Below are positions 37,645-47,315 of a stretch of DNA of 64,000 nucleotides, piece by piece. Position numbers and translations under genes: made by a program. Within the stretch, counting starts at the first letter, position 1. Each line of letters opens with the position of its first letter. The DNA is taken from positions 96,001 through 160,000 of the forward strand of contig JBDRLL010000010.1 in NCBI GenBank assembly GCA_043813075.1, written 5' to 3'. The notes beneath the pieces are model-generated. The model worked only from the letters and a program-made list of their open reading frames with translations. It had not been told where the DNA came from and did not search any database. This DNA comes from Candidatus Altiarchaeota archaeon. Its GTDB lineage: Archaea; Altiarchaeota; Altiarchaeia; IMC4; SCGC-AAA252-I15.

Positions 37645-38313
37645 TCATACGCGCAGCCTCTTTGTCGGAGGGTATTTGTTGATGAAGAAATCCTTTATCT
37701 CAGACAGCCTGCCTTCTTCCGGTAGCGTGGTGACCTGCATCAGGCGGTCTTCACTAACCCACGTGTATCCTGGCATTCCAAGCTTGCTTACTGTCTTAGC
37801 GATCATGTTGTCGAATTCTGGTTTAATCTCCGTGTTGACGGCGTTTATATGGTCCTCGTAATACGTGCCTTTCGTGCTTACTATGAAGTAGTACTTCTTA
37901 CCGTCAACATCATACTCTGCCACCACAAACTCGAATCCGGTGTTTGTGTCCTCATCACCCTCCACGTAGAATATCCCCACGAACATAAGTCCTGCGGGAA
38001 GCTTATCTTCTATTATATATCTGGTTAGAAAGTCCTTCTCAACATCACTGGTCTCGCCAGTGTCCTCCAGGCTACTGCCCCTATAAATCATCTTCCTCAC
38101 TGGCATAACATCTGAATCGACTGAATTATTGACTCCAGACTCTGTCGTGGGGGCTGATACGAACGTATATGCTATTATGAGTACTGCAACGACTCCCACA
38201 ATGACCAGCGGCATCTTGCTGGATGAACTACCATCGCTTATCTCCCTGCCTTCAACGATTGTCGGTATGTCAATCCCCACGGTAACATCACCCTCTACTG
38301 GTATTCTATTCAA
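37645..38313 (-). CDS. Single-TM hypothetical protein, paralog of 24895-25629
   Basis: LTRYIIEDKL...FFINKYPPTKRLRV versus ISRYIVKDNL...FLTRYPPTERLKV. Start uncertain (TTG). Confidence 0.72.
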   Translation of the reverse strand: MNRIPVEGDVTVGIDIPTIVEGREISDGSSSSKMPLVIVGVVAVLIIAYTFVSAPTTESGVNNSVDSDVMPVRKMIYRGSSLEDTGETSDVEKDFLTRYIIEDKLPAGLMFVGIFYVEGDEDTNTGFEFVVAEYDVDGKKYYFIVSTKGTYYEDHINAVNTEIKPEFDNMIAKTVSKLGMPGYTWVSEDRLMQVTTLPEEGRLSEIKDFFINKYPPTKRLRV

Positions 38314-38397
38314 TCTGATTGTTTAAAAAGAATAGTGTCCATCCCCAGCGAATCCTGTATTGCACAGCTTATTGGTTGATGTGGATTACTGTGAAAT

Positions 38398-39516
38398 CTA
38401 GCTGAAACCCCTCTTAATCCTGTCGAAAATGCTGTCGCCAATCTCGCCCTCCATCTCTGAAAGCTTTTCAATCAACTCCCTATGCTTCTTAGAGACTTTC
38501 TCAGGCACCCTGACCACGGCCCTTACGTGCTGGTCCCCCCTACCAGAAGAGTGTATGTGGGGTATCCCCAGGTTCTTCATCCTGAATACTGTGTGTGACT
38601 GCGTGCCCTGCGGTATCTTAAGCCTCGCTTCTCCCTCAAGCGTCGGCACCCTCACCTCAGCACCAAGAACCGCCTGACTGTAGGTGACTGGTAGTTCACA
38701 GTATATGTCGTCACCATGCCTCTCGAAAAAATCGTCTTTAGAGACGTGTATCACAACATACAGGTCTCCCGTAGCCCCGCCAAAGACTCCTGCATTGCCT
38801 TCACCCTTAAGCCTCAAGTGATTACCCTCTGAAATACCTGCGGGAACATCAACTTCAATATCCCTCCTATTCCTCTCTAACCCATCTCCGTCGCATTTAC
38901 CACACCTGTCCTTGATTATGAACCCACGGCCCTTGCAATTGCCGCATGTCTTTATTGTCGTGAAGAATCCGAAGGGCGTCCTCTTCTGTATCCTCTGCTG
39001 GCCGGTTCCATGGCATATGCCGCAATCCTCCTTTCCAGTGCCTCCCATGCCCCTGCATGCGCCGCATCTCTCGAAACGCTCTATCCTTATCTTCCTCTTA
39101 GTCCCAAAGGCGGCCTCTCTTAGCGTTATCTCTATGTCATACCGCAGGTCGGTGCCCCTGGCCTTCCCGTCGCCCCTCGCCTGCCTGAAGCCCCTGCTGA
39201 AGAACATGTCGAATATGTCGCTTCCCCCGAAGAGGTCTTCTATGTCTCCGAAGTGGGTGAAGTCCTGCCATGTGAAGCCCTGGCTCCCGAAGTTCGTTCC
39301 GGAATGCCCGAACTGGTCGTACTGAGCCTTCTTCCCGTCATCGACAAGAACCTCATACGCCTCGCTGATCTCCTTGAACCTCTCCTCAGCCTCAGGGCTC
39401 TTGTTCACGTCAGGATGGTATTTCTTCGCGAGCTTCCTGTAGGAGCTCTTTATGTCGCTCTTGCTCGCGTCTTTCCCGACACCCAGAACCTCGTAATAAT
39501 CCCTCTTCCCAGCCAT
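38398..39516 (-). CDS. dnaJ: Chaperone DnaJ
   Basis: J domain with HPD, G/F region, four CxxCxGxG repeats. Confidence 0.97.
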   Translation of the reverse strand: MAGKRDYYEVLGVGKDASKSDIKSSYRKLAKKYHPDVNKSPEAEERFKEISEAYEVLVDDGKKAQYDQFGHSGTNFGSQGFTWQDFTHFGDIEDLFGGSDIFDMFFSRGFRQARGDGKARGTDLRYDIEITLREAAFGTKRKIRIERFERCGACRGMGGTGKEDCGICHGTGQQRIQKRTPFGFFTTIKTCGNCKGRGFIIKDRCGKCDGDGLERNRRDIEVDVPAGISEGNHLRLKGEGNAGVFGGATGDLYVVIHVSKDDFFERHGDDIYCELPVTYSQAVLGAEVRVPTLEGEARLKIPQGTQSHTVFRMKNLGIPHIHSSGRGDQHVRAVVRVPEKVSKKHRELIEKLSEMEGEIGDSIFDRIKRGFS

Positions 39517-39553
39517 CTTAGGTTTATGTATCCCTTATATATGTATGATTTTT

Positions 39554-40711
39554 TTAAAGAGGCGTGAGCTCGGTTATCAAGGCATCCCACGTGGGGTATT
39601 CCTCCACAACCGCCGGCTTCAATCCCATCTCCCTGATTTTTCCGGCCAGCTCCTCCGCAATCCAGGCGCCCGTCAGTATCCTAAGCCTTTCAGCGTCCAC
39701 CTCAATCAGCGCCCCATCGACTCCATAATCCCTCATCAGCCTACGCCTAACTGACTCGAGTCTTCTCTTAATCCTCGCCTTCCCCCCAACACTGATCCTG
39801 TCAAGTTTTTTGGCGTAGTCAAAGGATGGCATAGTCTCCTCAAGGTATACGGCACCCCTGATGAGGAGTCCGTCATCGGTTACTATGTCATACTCCCTGG
39901 AAACATTCCCCGCCCTTCGTTTCAACCGGTTCTTCAGTTGTACTCCATCCTTAAGTCTGACCGTGCAGTAGTGGACTCCCAGTCTCGTGTTCCTCAGGCA
40001 GTAATCCAGTATCTTTCCAGCCGCCTTCTCGCTTCCCTTCACTGCGAAAGACACGTCGCTCTCAGCAAAGTAGCCCCGTTTTTCTAATGGCAGGGCGTTG
40101 GTTTCAGACACTTCAAGCTGGTTTATGTTCAGGAATTTGACACCCAGTTCGTCTATGGCGTGTATGAACGACTTCGTCTCCCTAACGCGTCCTGGTATCG
40201 CGGGTATCTCGCATCCCACATCCCACCCGTACTCCAGGGCATTCCTGGCGGCACCCAAGTCCGCGTTCCCCCCCTCAATGAAATCCGGATGGAATCGTAT
40301 CTCATCAAGCCCTGCCTTATATAGTCTCTCAAGGTTTTTCTGGGTCGCGTGCCTGCAGGTCGTGTAAAGGTGTATGTGGAAGCCTTCCCCAAAATTCTTC
40401 TTCAAGAGCCTTATGTAATGCAGCGTCCTATCCAGCCTGCACAACGGGTCTCCCCCTGTTATGCCCGCGCCAAGCGAGTCGCATAGCCTCGCCTCCTCCA
40501 GCACGTCCTTGTCCCTCCTAACCCACCACTCGTTTGCTACGACAACGTCCCTACCCCTCTTTCGCTCCGATAGCGGACAGTACCAGCAGCTGCTTGAACA
40601 GACTCCCGTCGCAAGCAACACAAGCTTACCGCCCTTAACGCAGATACTGCAACCCTTAGGCAGTCTGCCTATGCGCTTGCTGTAGTATGGGGTCTCAACA
40701 ATCTTTCGCAT
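39554..40711 (-). CDS. Archaeal radical SAM protein (COG2108-like)
   Basis: LPKGCSICVKGGKLVL, CSSSCWYC, GITGGDP, LDEIRFHP, KDGVQL, VEEYPT. Confidence 0.85.
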   Translation of the reverse strand: MRKIVETPYYSKRIGRLPKGCSICVKGGKLVLLATGVCSSSCWYCPLSERKRGRDVVVANEWWVRRDKDVLEEARLCDSLGAGITGGDPLCRLDRTLHYIRLLKKNFGEGFHIHLYTTCRHATQKNLERLYKAGLDEIRFHPDFIEGGNADLGAARNALEYGWDVGCEIPAIPGRVRETKSFIHAIDELGVKFLNINQLEVSETNALPLEKRGYFAESDVSFAVKGSEKAAGKILDYCLRNTRLGVHYCTVRLKDGVQLKNRLKRRAGNVSREYDIVTDDGLLIRGAVYLEETMPSFDYAKKLDRISVGGKARIKRRLESVRRRLMRDYGVDGALIEVDAERLRILTGAWIAEELAGKIREMGLKPAVVEEYPTWDALITELTPL

Positions 40712-40717
40712 GTTAAC

Positions 40718-41113
40718 CTACTTCTCGAATCTGAGCAGTTCACCAGTCTTGATTAAAACCTGTTTTTCAGTAAAATCTGTTGAAAAGATTTCCTTTAAGA
40801 TCGAAAACAGGTTTACCCTAGGGCCGTCAGATTCCTGACCTCCCTCAGCCTTTATGTTAATCCCGATTTTATCGCCAGGATACGCGTGCTCCAGCACGTC
40901 ATGATGCTTCTCCATCGACTTGGCGACGTACGTGATGCCATTATGGACACACTTATAGCCCGGCTCGATCATCCCTGAAACAACCTCTCCAACGATTATC
41001 GTGCCGACACCAGCTATCCTATACGTCTTGTCGACAGTGAACTCCCCGAAACCTCTGGATGAACCAGACTCTGCATTAAGACGCCTCTCCACCTCATCAA
41101 CAGATGAAACCAT
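40718..41113 (-). CDS. Stand-alone EF-Tu/EF-1A domain II-like beta-barrel protein
   Basis: VDKTYRIAGVGTIIVGEVVSG...SMEKHH..LEHAYPGDKIGINI matches EF-1A domain II; no GTPase domain. Confidence 0.8.
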   Translation of the reverse strand: MVSSVDEVERRLNAESGSSRGFGEFTVDKTYRIAGVGTIIVGEVVSGMIEPGYKCVHNGITYVAKSMEKHHDVLEHAYPGDKIGINIKAEGGQESDGPRVNLFSILKEIFSTDFTEKQVLIKTGELLRFEK

Positions 41114-41115
41114 GT

Positions 41116-43041
41116 TCACTTCTTCTCGTCTTCACCTACCTTGTAGTCTGCGTCAACAACGTTATCATCACTCCTGCCTTCATCCTCTTTCTTGGATTCT
41201 CCGCCCGCAGCCTGCTGCTCCTGCTGATACTTCTGGGCAGCCTCCTGATACATCTTGGTGAACAACTCCTGGCTGCTCTTGCTTAGTTCCTCGCTCCTGG
41301 ACTTTATCCTCTCAACATCCCCTGATTCTATGGCCTCGCGGACTCCCTTCACCTTCCCCTCAAGATCCTCCTTCTGCTTCACATCAACCTTGTCGCCGAC
41401 CTCCTTCAAGGCCTTCTCAACGCCATAGGCAAGAGTCTCGGCGTTGTTCACGGTATCCGCCTTCTCCTTCTTCTTCTTGTCCTCGTCGGCGTGCTCTTCA
41501 GCCTCCTTCTGCATCCGCTTTATGTCGCTGTCAGTAAGGCCTGATTTGGCGTGTATCGTTATGGCCTGCTGTTTTCCTGTCGCAAGGTCTCTGGCGGAAA
41601 CGTTCAGTATCCCGTTAGCGTCTATCTTGAAGGTCACCTCAACCTGCGGTATCCCCCGGGGTGCTGGTGGGATGCCGGTCAACTGGAATTTACCGAGGCT
41701 CTTGTTGTCCTCAGCCATCTCACGGTCTCCCTGCAGCACGTTGATTTCGACCGAGGTCTGGTTGTCCGCAGCAGTCGAAAACACCTGCTTCTTCTCGGTC
41801 GGTATAGTAGTGTTCCTCTCAATAAGCCTTGTGAAAACCCCGCCAAGAGTCTCTATGCCCAGGGACAATGGCGTAACATCCAGTAATAGCACGTCCTTCA
41901 CTTCCCCGCCCAAGACGCCCGCCTGTATAGCAGCCCCAACGGCCACAACCTCATCTGGATTAACGCTCTTGTTGGGTTCCTTCCCGAAAATCTTTTTCAC
42001 AGTATCTACGACGGCAGGCATCCTAGTCTGCCCGCCAACCAGAATCACCTCGTCAATCTCAGACAGCTTCAGGCCAGAGTCAGCCAGAGCCTTCTTGCAC
42101 GGTTCGATGGTCTTGTCAATCAGGTCTCCAGTCAGCTGCTCCAGCTTCGACCTGGTCAAGGTTATGTTCATGTGCAGTGGCCCGGACTCTCCCTGAGTGA
42201 TGAACGGGAGGTTCACTTCAGTCTTTGTTGTTGAAGACAACTCTATCTTTGCTTTTTCGGCCGCATCCTTCAGGCGCTGTAGGGTCATGTTGTCCTCCCT
42301 CAGATCTATTCCATTGTCCTTCTTGAATTCCTCTGCAAGCCATTGTATGATTTTGTAGTCGAAGTCGTCTCCGCCCAGGTGGGTGTTGCCGTTGGTGGAC
42401 TTGACTTCAAAGACTCCGTCACCCACCTCCAGTATGCTTATGTCGAACGTACCGCCGCCAAGATCGTATACCGCAATCTTCTCCTCCTTCTTCTTGTCCA
42501 AACCGTAAGCAAGGGACGCTGCGGTAGGCTCGTTGATTATCCTCAAGACCTCAAGCCCCGCAATCTTGCCTGCATCTTTGGTCGCCTGCCTCTGGCTGTC
42601 GTTGAAGTATGCTGGCACGGTTATGACTGCCTGTGTTATCTCCTCCCCCAGGTATGCTTCAGCATCTGCCTTCAGCTTCTGCAGTACCATGGCTGAAATC
42701 TCGGGTGAGGCATAGTCCTTACCGTCGACCTTGATTCTTATGTCGCCGTTTGACGCCTCAATAATCTTGTAGGGTATTGTCTTCTTGATCTCTTTCATCT
42801 CAGCGTCCTTGAACTTCCTGCCGATGAACCTCTTCACACTGTATATGGTCTTATCAGGGTTTGTTATGGCCTGCCTCTTAGCCACCTGCCCGACCAGCCT
42901 CTCGTCGTCTTTTGTGAACGCAACTATCGACGGCGTTGTCCTGTTCCCCTCCGCGTTTGGTATGACCTCCGGCTTCCCAGCCTCCATCACTGCCATGCAC
43001 GAGTTCGTAGTCCCCAAATCTATTCCCAGTATCTTACTCAT
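41116..43041 (-). CDS. dnaK: Chaperone DnaK (Hsp70)
   Basis: [33 protein letters not shown]. Confidence 0.98.
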   Translation of the reverse strand: MSKILGIDLGTTNSCMAVMEAGKPEVIPNAEGNRTTPSIVAFTKDDERLVGQVAKRQAITNPDKTIYSVKRFIGRKFKDAEMKEIKKTIPYKIIEASNGDIRIKVDGKDYASPEISAMVLQKLKADAEAYLGEEITQAVITVPAYFNDSQRQATKDAGKIAGLEVLRIINEPTAASLAYGLDKKKEEKIAVYDLGGGTFDISILEVGDGVFEVKSTNGNTHLGGDDFDYKIIQWLAEEFKKDNGIDLREDNMTLQRLKDAAEKAKIELSSTTKTEVNLPFITQGESGPLHMNITLTRSKLEQLTGDLIDKTIEPCKKALADSGLKLSEIDEVILVGGQTRMPAVVDTVKKIFGKEPNKSVNPDEVVAVGAAIQAGVLGGEVKDVLLLDVTPLSLGIETLGGVFTRLIERNTTIPTEKKQVFSTAADNQTSVEINVLQGDREMAEDNKSLGKFQLTGIPPAPRGIPQVEVTFKIDANGILNVSARDLATGKQQAITIHAKSGLTDSDIKRMQKEAEEHADEDKKKKEKADTVNNAETLAYGVEKALKEVGDKVDVKQKEDLEGKVKGVREAIESGDVERIKSRSEELSKSSQELFTKMYQEAAQKYQQEQQAAGGESKKEDEGRSDDNVVDADYKVGEDEKK

Positions 43042-43045
43042 AGTA

Positions 43046-43540
43046 TCACCCTTTTCTCGGTTTTATAATCTTTACTTTCGCAGGCCTCACGACCCTTGAG
43101 TGCAGCATGTAACCCTTCTGCAGCACCTCTGAGACGGTCTCCCCGTCAACGTCACCTTCTTCGGCCATCAGAGCCTCATGGTAGTTTGGGTCGAACTTGT
43201 CTCCAGAGGGGTTTAACTCTTCTACACCGTGTTTTTTAAGCAGGGCTTCCAGCTGTTTGAGTGTTAGTCTCACGCCGTCAATCACCCCGTCACCGTTATC
43301 CTTGTTGTCGAGTGCACGCTCGAGGTTGTCCTTCACCTCCAGGAATTCTTCGACAATCTCCTGGTTAGCGTACCTCCTGCTATCCTCCTTATCGCGTTCA
43401 ACCCTCTTCTTATAGTTCTCAAAGTCTGCCTGAACCCGCTGCAAAAGGCCTTTATACTCGTCCGCATCGGCCTTAAAGTCCTCTGTAGCCCTTTTCCCAC
43501 CTGTTTTAGGGGTTTTCCTGTGGTGTTCCTCCTTACCCAT
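43046..43540 (-). CDS. grpE: Nucleotide exchange factor GrpE
   Basis: [34 protein letters not shown]; GGTGG RBS upstream of ATG at 43540. Confidence 0.95.
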   Translation of the reverse strand: MGKEEHHRKTPKTGGKRATEDFKADADEYKGLLQRVQADFENYKKRVERDKEDSRRYANQEIVEEFLEVKDNLERALDNKDNGDGVIDGVRLTLKQLEALLKKHGVEELNPSGDKFDPNYHEALMAEEGDVDGETVSEVLQKGYMLHSRVVRPAKVKIIKPRKG

Positions 43541-43650
43541 ATGCTCCACCAAAAAGTGAGATAAACTATTGGTTTAGCTGTATATAAATCTTTTCCTTTT
43601 TGTGGTGGAGCACCATAAACCGCCGACTATTTTTTAAGAATTAAGACAAG

Positions 43651-43692
43651 ATATTTATCCAATCTTCCGGGCTGGTAGTCTAGTCGGTTATG
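43651..43692 (+). repeat. 42-bp duplicate of tRNA-Val leader plus 5' end
   Basis: atatttatccaatcttccgggctggtagtctagtcggttatg is identical to 43762-43803. Confidence 0.92.
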
Positions 43693-43743
43693 CCGGAACC
43701 CCTTTTCCCACAGAAAAGGTGTTTCAACCCCAAAAGAACATAA

Positions 43744-43750
43744 TTTATAA
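43744..43750 (+). promoter_or_regulatory. Putative TATA box of tRNA-Val
   Basis: TTTATAA about 30 bp upstream of the mature tRNA start at 43780. Confidence 0.5.
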
Positions 43751-43779
43751 CCTAAAGCCACATATTTATCCAATCTTCC

Positions 43780-43853
43780 GGGCTGGTAGTCTAGTCGGTT
43801 ATGACGTCGCCTTTACGAGGCGAAGATCCCCGGTTCGAATCCGGGCCAGCCCA
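43780..43853 (+). tRNA. tRNA-Val (UAC)
   Basis: GGGCTGGTAGTCTAGTCGGTTATGACGTCGCCTTTACGAGGCGAAGATCCCCGGTTCGAATCCGGGCCAGCCCA; anticodon arm TCGCC-TT TAC GA-GGCGA. Confidence 0.96.
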
Positions 43854-43919
43854 CTCAGATAACAGCAATAGCATTCTGTGTCAACAACCGGCCAGGATAA
43901 GCAACTTGAAAAAGTTGCG

Positions 43920-43964
43920 GAATCCGGGCCAGCCCACTCAGATAACAGCAATAGCATTTTGTGT
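43920..43964 (+). repeat. 45-bp duplicate of tRNA-Val 3' end plus trailer
   Basis: gaatccgggccagcccactcagataacagcaatagcatt(t/c)tgtgt matches 43837-43881 with 1 mismatch. Confidence 0.92.
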
Positions 43965-43968
43965 ACTC

Positions 43969-44676
43969 TTATTTTTTACCGCCTTTGCCTTCTGCCGTTG
44001 ACTTGTAGACTGCCGCCAACGCCACCAGTATCATCCCAGTTATTATTGCCACGGCCACTGCAGGGCCTTTTTCACTGGGCTTCTCGTATGCTTTCTCGCA
44101 GTCATTGTCCATGTCATATGTCATGCAGTCCGGGTCGCATTTGCCTTCCGGTATGCCGTCGCAGTAGCCATCCCCCCCTCCAGACTTGCAGTCTTTCGGG
44201 CAGTTGCCGAAGTTCTCACCCTTCCCGCACTCCCTGTTCCCGCAGTAGTTTGACAGTCTCCTAACGTTTATCCCAAGTTCCTTATCGCCTGCTGGATTGT
44301 AGACCCGTATCTCAGAGGCACTGCTATAATAAGGCGTAGTAACCACTATAGTTGACTTATCGGCCTTCGAGACCGGTGGCATTGGTGCGGGCCGGATTTG
44401 CCTTCCAGTATCGTCGAATATGTCCAACGGCGGTGCATACGAGACATCCCTTGGGAAGCTGAATCTCCCGGTGTAAAGAGTCTCCCCCCTGTATGAGACT
44501 ACTTTAAGGCTGTAGTCCCCTTGGTAAGCCGGGCCAGCCCTTAAGCCGACCACCTCAACACCCCTCTCTACTATCTTGCCTTTATCGTATTTCAGGGTTA
44601 TCCTAAAACTTTTCTCCGAGTCGCCTAATGCTCCCAACACCAGGAAGACCGCCAACATAGTGGTTATTCGCCGCAT
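43969..44676 (-). CDS. Exported protein with Cys-rich domain and C-terminal TM anchor
   Basis: Signal peptide; CGNRECGKGENFGNCPKDC...DGYCD...CDPDC; C-terminal TM and Lys tail. Confidence 0.75.
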   Translation of the reverse strand: MRRITTMLAVFLVLGALGDSEKSFRITLKYDKGKIVERGVEVVGLRAGPAYQGDYSLKVVSYRGETLYTGRFSFPRDVSYAPPLDIFDDTGRQIRPAPMPPVSKADKSTIVVTTPYYSSASEIRVYNPAGDKELGINVRRLSNYCGNRECGKGENFGNCPKDCKSGGGDGYCDGIPEGKCDPDCMTYDMDNDCEKAYEKPSEKGPAVAVAIITGMILVALAAVYKSTAEGKGGKK

Positions 44677-44681
44677 TTTCT

Positions 44682-46178
44682 TCACCCCGAATAGCTGTTC
44701 AAGACTTGTGTGACATAGTGCTTGCAAACGTCATTGAAGTAGTAATTATGGTACTGGCTGTTCATGAGGCTCTGGTCTGCAGACCTCCACCAGTTGCTGT
44801 TGCTGCAGCCAGCGATACAATCATGGTCCGAGTCCATCCCATCCCATCTGCTGCACTGGCTTGAGGATGCCACGCAATTCTTGTCAGCAGTCCCCTGCCA
44901 GTAGCCTGCGTAAGTGTACTCGTCCCTCAGGCTTATGAACGAATGACCTGTCTCATGGATGAGCGTCCTCTCAACATCCTCCCTGTTCCTACCATAATTA
45001 CCCCCGTTTATCATCAACGGGAAACTGTCCGTCAAATACTCGTGGCCTATGCACACGTGCGCGTTCCCCCCGAAGTACGCGTGTGATATGAATCTTGGAT
45101 TGACTGATAGCAGTACTGCCCTATCCCCTGTTGAGGAGAAGAACGGGCATTCCCTCGCTAGACTGGTTACCTGACCGTCTCTTACGCCGTCGTCTTCATC
45201 CATCACCCTGTCATAGTCCTTCTCCACCCTCCATACCGCAATCTTATTGGAGCCCTTGTATGGGGGCACAGCATCACCCCCAACAAGCTGCTCCTTCATC
45301 TTGCTCGTAACCATCCTGAAGTCTGTCAGGCTGTTGAATCCGCTTCCCACAAACACGACGTCTAGCTTGCCCTGGGGGTTGTCGTCACCCCATATGAGTC
45401 TACAGTAGTTTACCTTCGGCAGGGTGGTTGTCGTACTTGCCGGTCCTCCGCATCTCTGGTTGCTCTGGCAGTCCTGGTCATCACAGTCAACGTCTCCGTC
45501 ACAGTCGTTGTCATAGCCATCATTGCATTTGCCCTCCGGGTTTTCCATCCCCCAGTCTATGCATTCCTGGTCGTCACAGTCAATGTAGCCGTCCCCGTCG
45601 TCATCCACGCCGTTCCTGCATTTTTTAGCGTCATTCTCGTTTTTCTTGCCTTTTACGCACGGCTTCTTTATCCGGCAGTCCTGGTCGTCGCAGTCGACGT
45701 CTCCATCGCAGTCGTCGTCCTTATTGTTCTTGCATTTCCTCTCTGCTATGCCTCTCACAGCGTTCAGGCAGTCTTGGTCATCGCAGTCTATGGTGCCGTC
45801 ACCGTCATCGTCGACTTGATTCCTGCATTTCCTTGCCTTGTCCTCGCCCTTGACCCTTATTACGCACGCCCTCTTGTTTTTGCAATCAGTGTCCGAGCAG
45901 TCTACGAGCCCGTCGCAGTCCTCGTCCTTCCTGTTGCCGCACCTCTTCTCCGGATTGACTCCCGCAATCCTAATGCAGTCTGAGTCATAGCAGTCCACTC
46001 CCCCATCACCGTCGTCGTCAATGCCGTTGGTGCAGAGCCTTGTGTTGTCTTCCGCAGCGCAGTTAGGGCTGCATGCGTCTAGTCTAGCCGAGTCGACGGC
46101 GCTAGCGTAAAGGATGGCTAATGTCAGTAAAACTAGCGTGTTTCTCGTGAAGATTCTGGCGCATGAATTCATTTGCAC
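44682..46178 (-). CDS. Secreted M64-like zinc metallopeptidase with six Asp/Cys-rich Ca-binding repeats
   Basis: Repeats C-x-N-x2-DxDxDG-x2-DC-x-D-x2-C; KLDVVFV; HETGHSFISLRDEY; SLM Met-turn. Confidence 0.8.
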   Translation of the reverse strand: MQMNSCARIFTRNTLVLLTLAILYASAVDSARLDACSPNCAAEDNTRLCTNGIDDDGDGGVDCYDSDCIRIAGVNPEKRCGNRKDEDCDGLVDCSDTDCKNKRACVIRVKGEDKARKCRNQVDDDGDGTIDCDDQDCLNAVRGIAERKCKNNKDDDCDGDVDCDDQDCRIKKPCVKGKKNENDAKKCRNGVDDDGDGYIDCDDQECIDWGMENPEGKCNDGYDNDCDGDVDCDDQDCQSNQRCGGPASTTTTLPKVNYCRLIWGDDNPQGKLDVVFVGSGFNSLTDFRMVTSKMKEQLVGGDAVPPYKGSNKIAVWRVEKDYDRVMDEDDGVRDGQVTSLARECPFFSSTGDRAVLLSVNPRFISHAYFGGNAHVCIGHEYLTDSFPLMINGGNYGRNREDVERTLIHETGHSFISLRDEYTYAGYWQGTADKNCVASSSQCSRWDGMDSDHDCIAGCSNSNWWRSADQSLMNSQYHNYYFNDVCKHYVTQVLNSYSG

Positions 46179-46297
46179 GTACCTGCTGTTTATTCATATG
46201 ACTGCTCTGTTTATATCATGCTCCCTGGCAGTGCAAAACCAATAAAACAAAAAAATATTCTATATAATACAAAACATTTTTTTTTTTGCGTGTGGTT

Positions 46298-46882
46298 CTA
46301 AAGGCAGACCCCATCCTTGCATCCGTCAGAGCAGTCTTCGGTGGCGGGCGGCATGCTCATCATGGTCTGTCCGACGAACTTCCTGGACTCCTTACACTCC
46401 GATTCCGGGGTGCCCGGCTTCTTGCACAAATAACTCACGCTCTGGAGGTAGACGTCACCCCTATAGCAGACCCTGACTTCCGCGGACTCGCCGCAGTCGC
46501 TGTTCACGCTGCACGCTATCTTTATGGTGGTCGTAGTGGTGGTCTCCATCATGGTCGTAGTCACCATCTTGACGGTGGTTGTCGTCGTCGCCAGCGTAGT
46601 TTCAGGGGACTTCACGGTAGTCGTGGTCGCAACCACCTCGTCCTTGTCGCATATGCCGTTATAGTCCTCGTCAAGGCAGCAGCCAACCCCCACCTGGATG
46701 TACGGTGGCGAGCACATCAAAGTGGTTGTGGTCGCGCTTCCAGAACCACCGCCAAACCCGAACAAACCCTTAATGAAGCCGATAATCCTGGAGATAATGC
46801 CCTTACCCTCTTCCGCACTAACGGTGGCAGAGATGATGATCATCAGGATAAGAGTCATTAAAACCCATCTCGCAAGACCCAT
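46298..46882 (-). CDS. Secreted Thr-rich/Cys-rich surface protein
   Basis: Signal peptide; CSPPYIQVGVGCCLDEDYNGICD; poly-Thr stalk; C-terminal CSDGCKDGVC. Start set at 46882 so that it does not overlap the Nudix gene. Confidence 0.75.
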   Translation of the reverse strand: MGLARWVLMTLILMIIISATVSAEEGKGIISRIIGFIKGLFGFGGGSGSATTTTLMCSPPYIQVGVGCCLDEDYNGICDKDEVVATTTTVKSPETTLATTTTTVKMVTTTMMETTTTTTIKIACSVNSDCGESAEVRVCYRGDVYLQSVSYLCKKPGTPESECKESRKFVGQTMMSMPPATEDCSDGCKDGVCL

Positions 46883-46916
46883 ATTACATATTACCCCGAC
46901 TTTATAATAATAAAAC

Positions 46917-47315
46917 ATGTTTGACGCCAAGAAACCCATACTCACTGTTGACGCGCTCATAAGAAGAGGGGACTCCATACTACTGATAAAACGCGTTAAC
47001 CCCCCATTCAAGGGTATGTGGGCGATACCGGGAGGTTTTGTGGACTACGGGGAGACCGTTGAACATGCTGTAGTCAGGGAGGCTCTTGAGGAGACCGGCC
47101 TTGAAGTCAAGGTCATCCGACTGACTGGAGTATACTCTGATCCTGCAAGGGATCCCAGGGGCCATACAGTCTCCCTAGTATACGAGTGCGTTATCACCGG
47201 CGGGATACTGTCTGCAGGAGATGACGCGGGGGATGCGGAGTACTTCAGTCTGGAGGATTTGCCTGACCTGGCTTTTGACCACAGGAAGATAATTGAAGAC
47301 TATCGCAGTCTTTAA
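46917..47315 (+). CDS. Nudix hydrolase (ADP-ribose pyrophosphatase-like)
   Basis: Nudix box GGFVDYGETVEHAVVREALEETG; RDPRGH; LAFDH. Confidence 0.93.
   Translation: MFDAKKPILTVDALIRRGDSILLIKRVNPPFKGMWAIPGGFVDYGETVEHAVVREALEETGLEVKVIRLTGVYSDPARDPRGHTVSLVYECVITGGILSAGDDAGDAEYFSLEDLPDLAFDHRKIIEDYRSL

Noticed and set aside
43651-43964. Repeats near tRNA-Val as a CRISPR array or split tRNA
   Set aside because: There are only two copies each of two different tRNA-derived repeats and no cas genes. The fragments lack the anticodon arm, and an intact tRNA is present.
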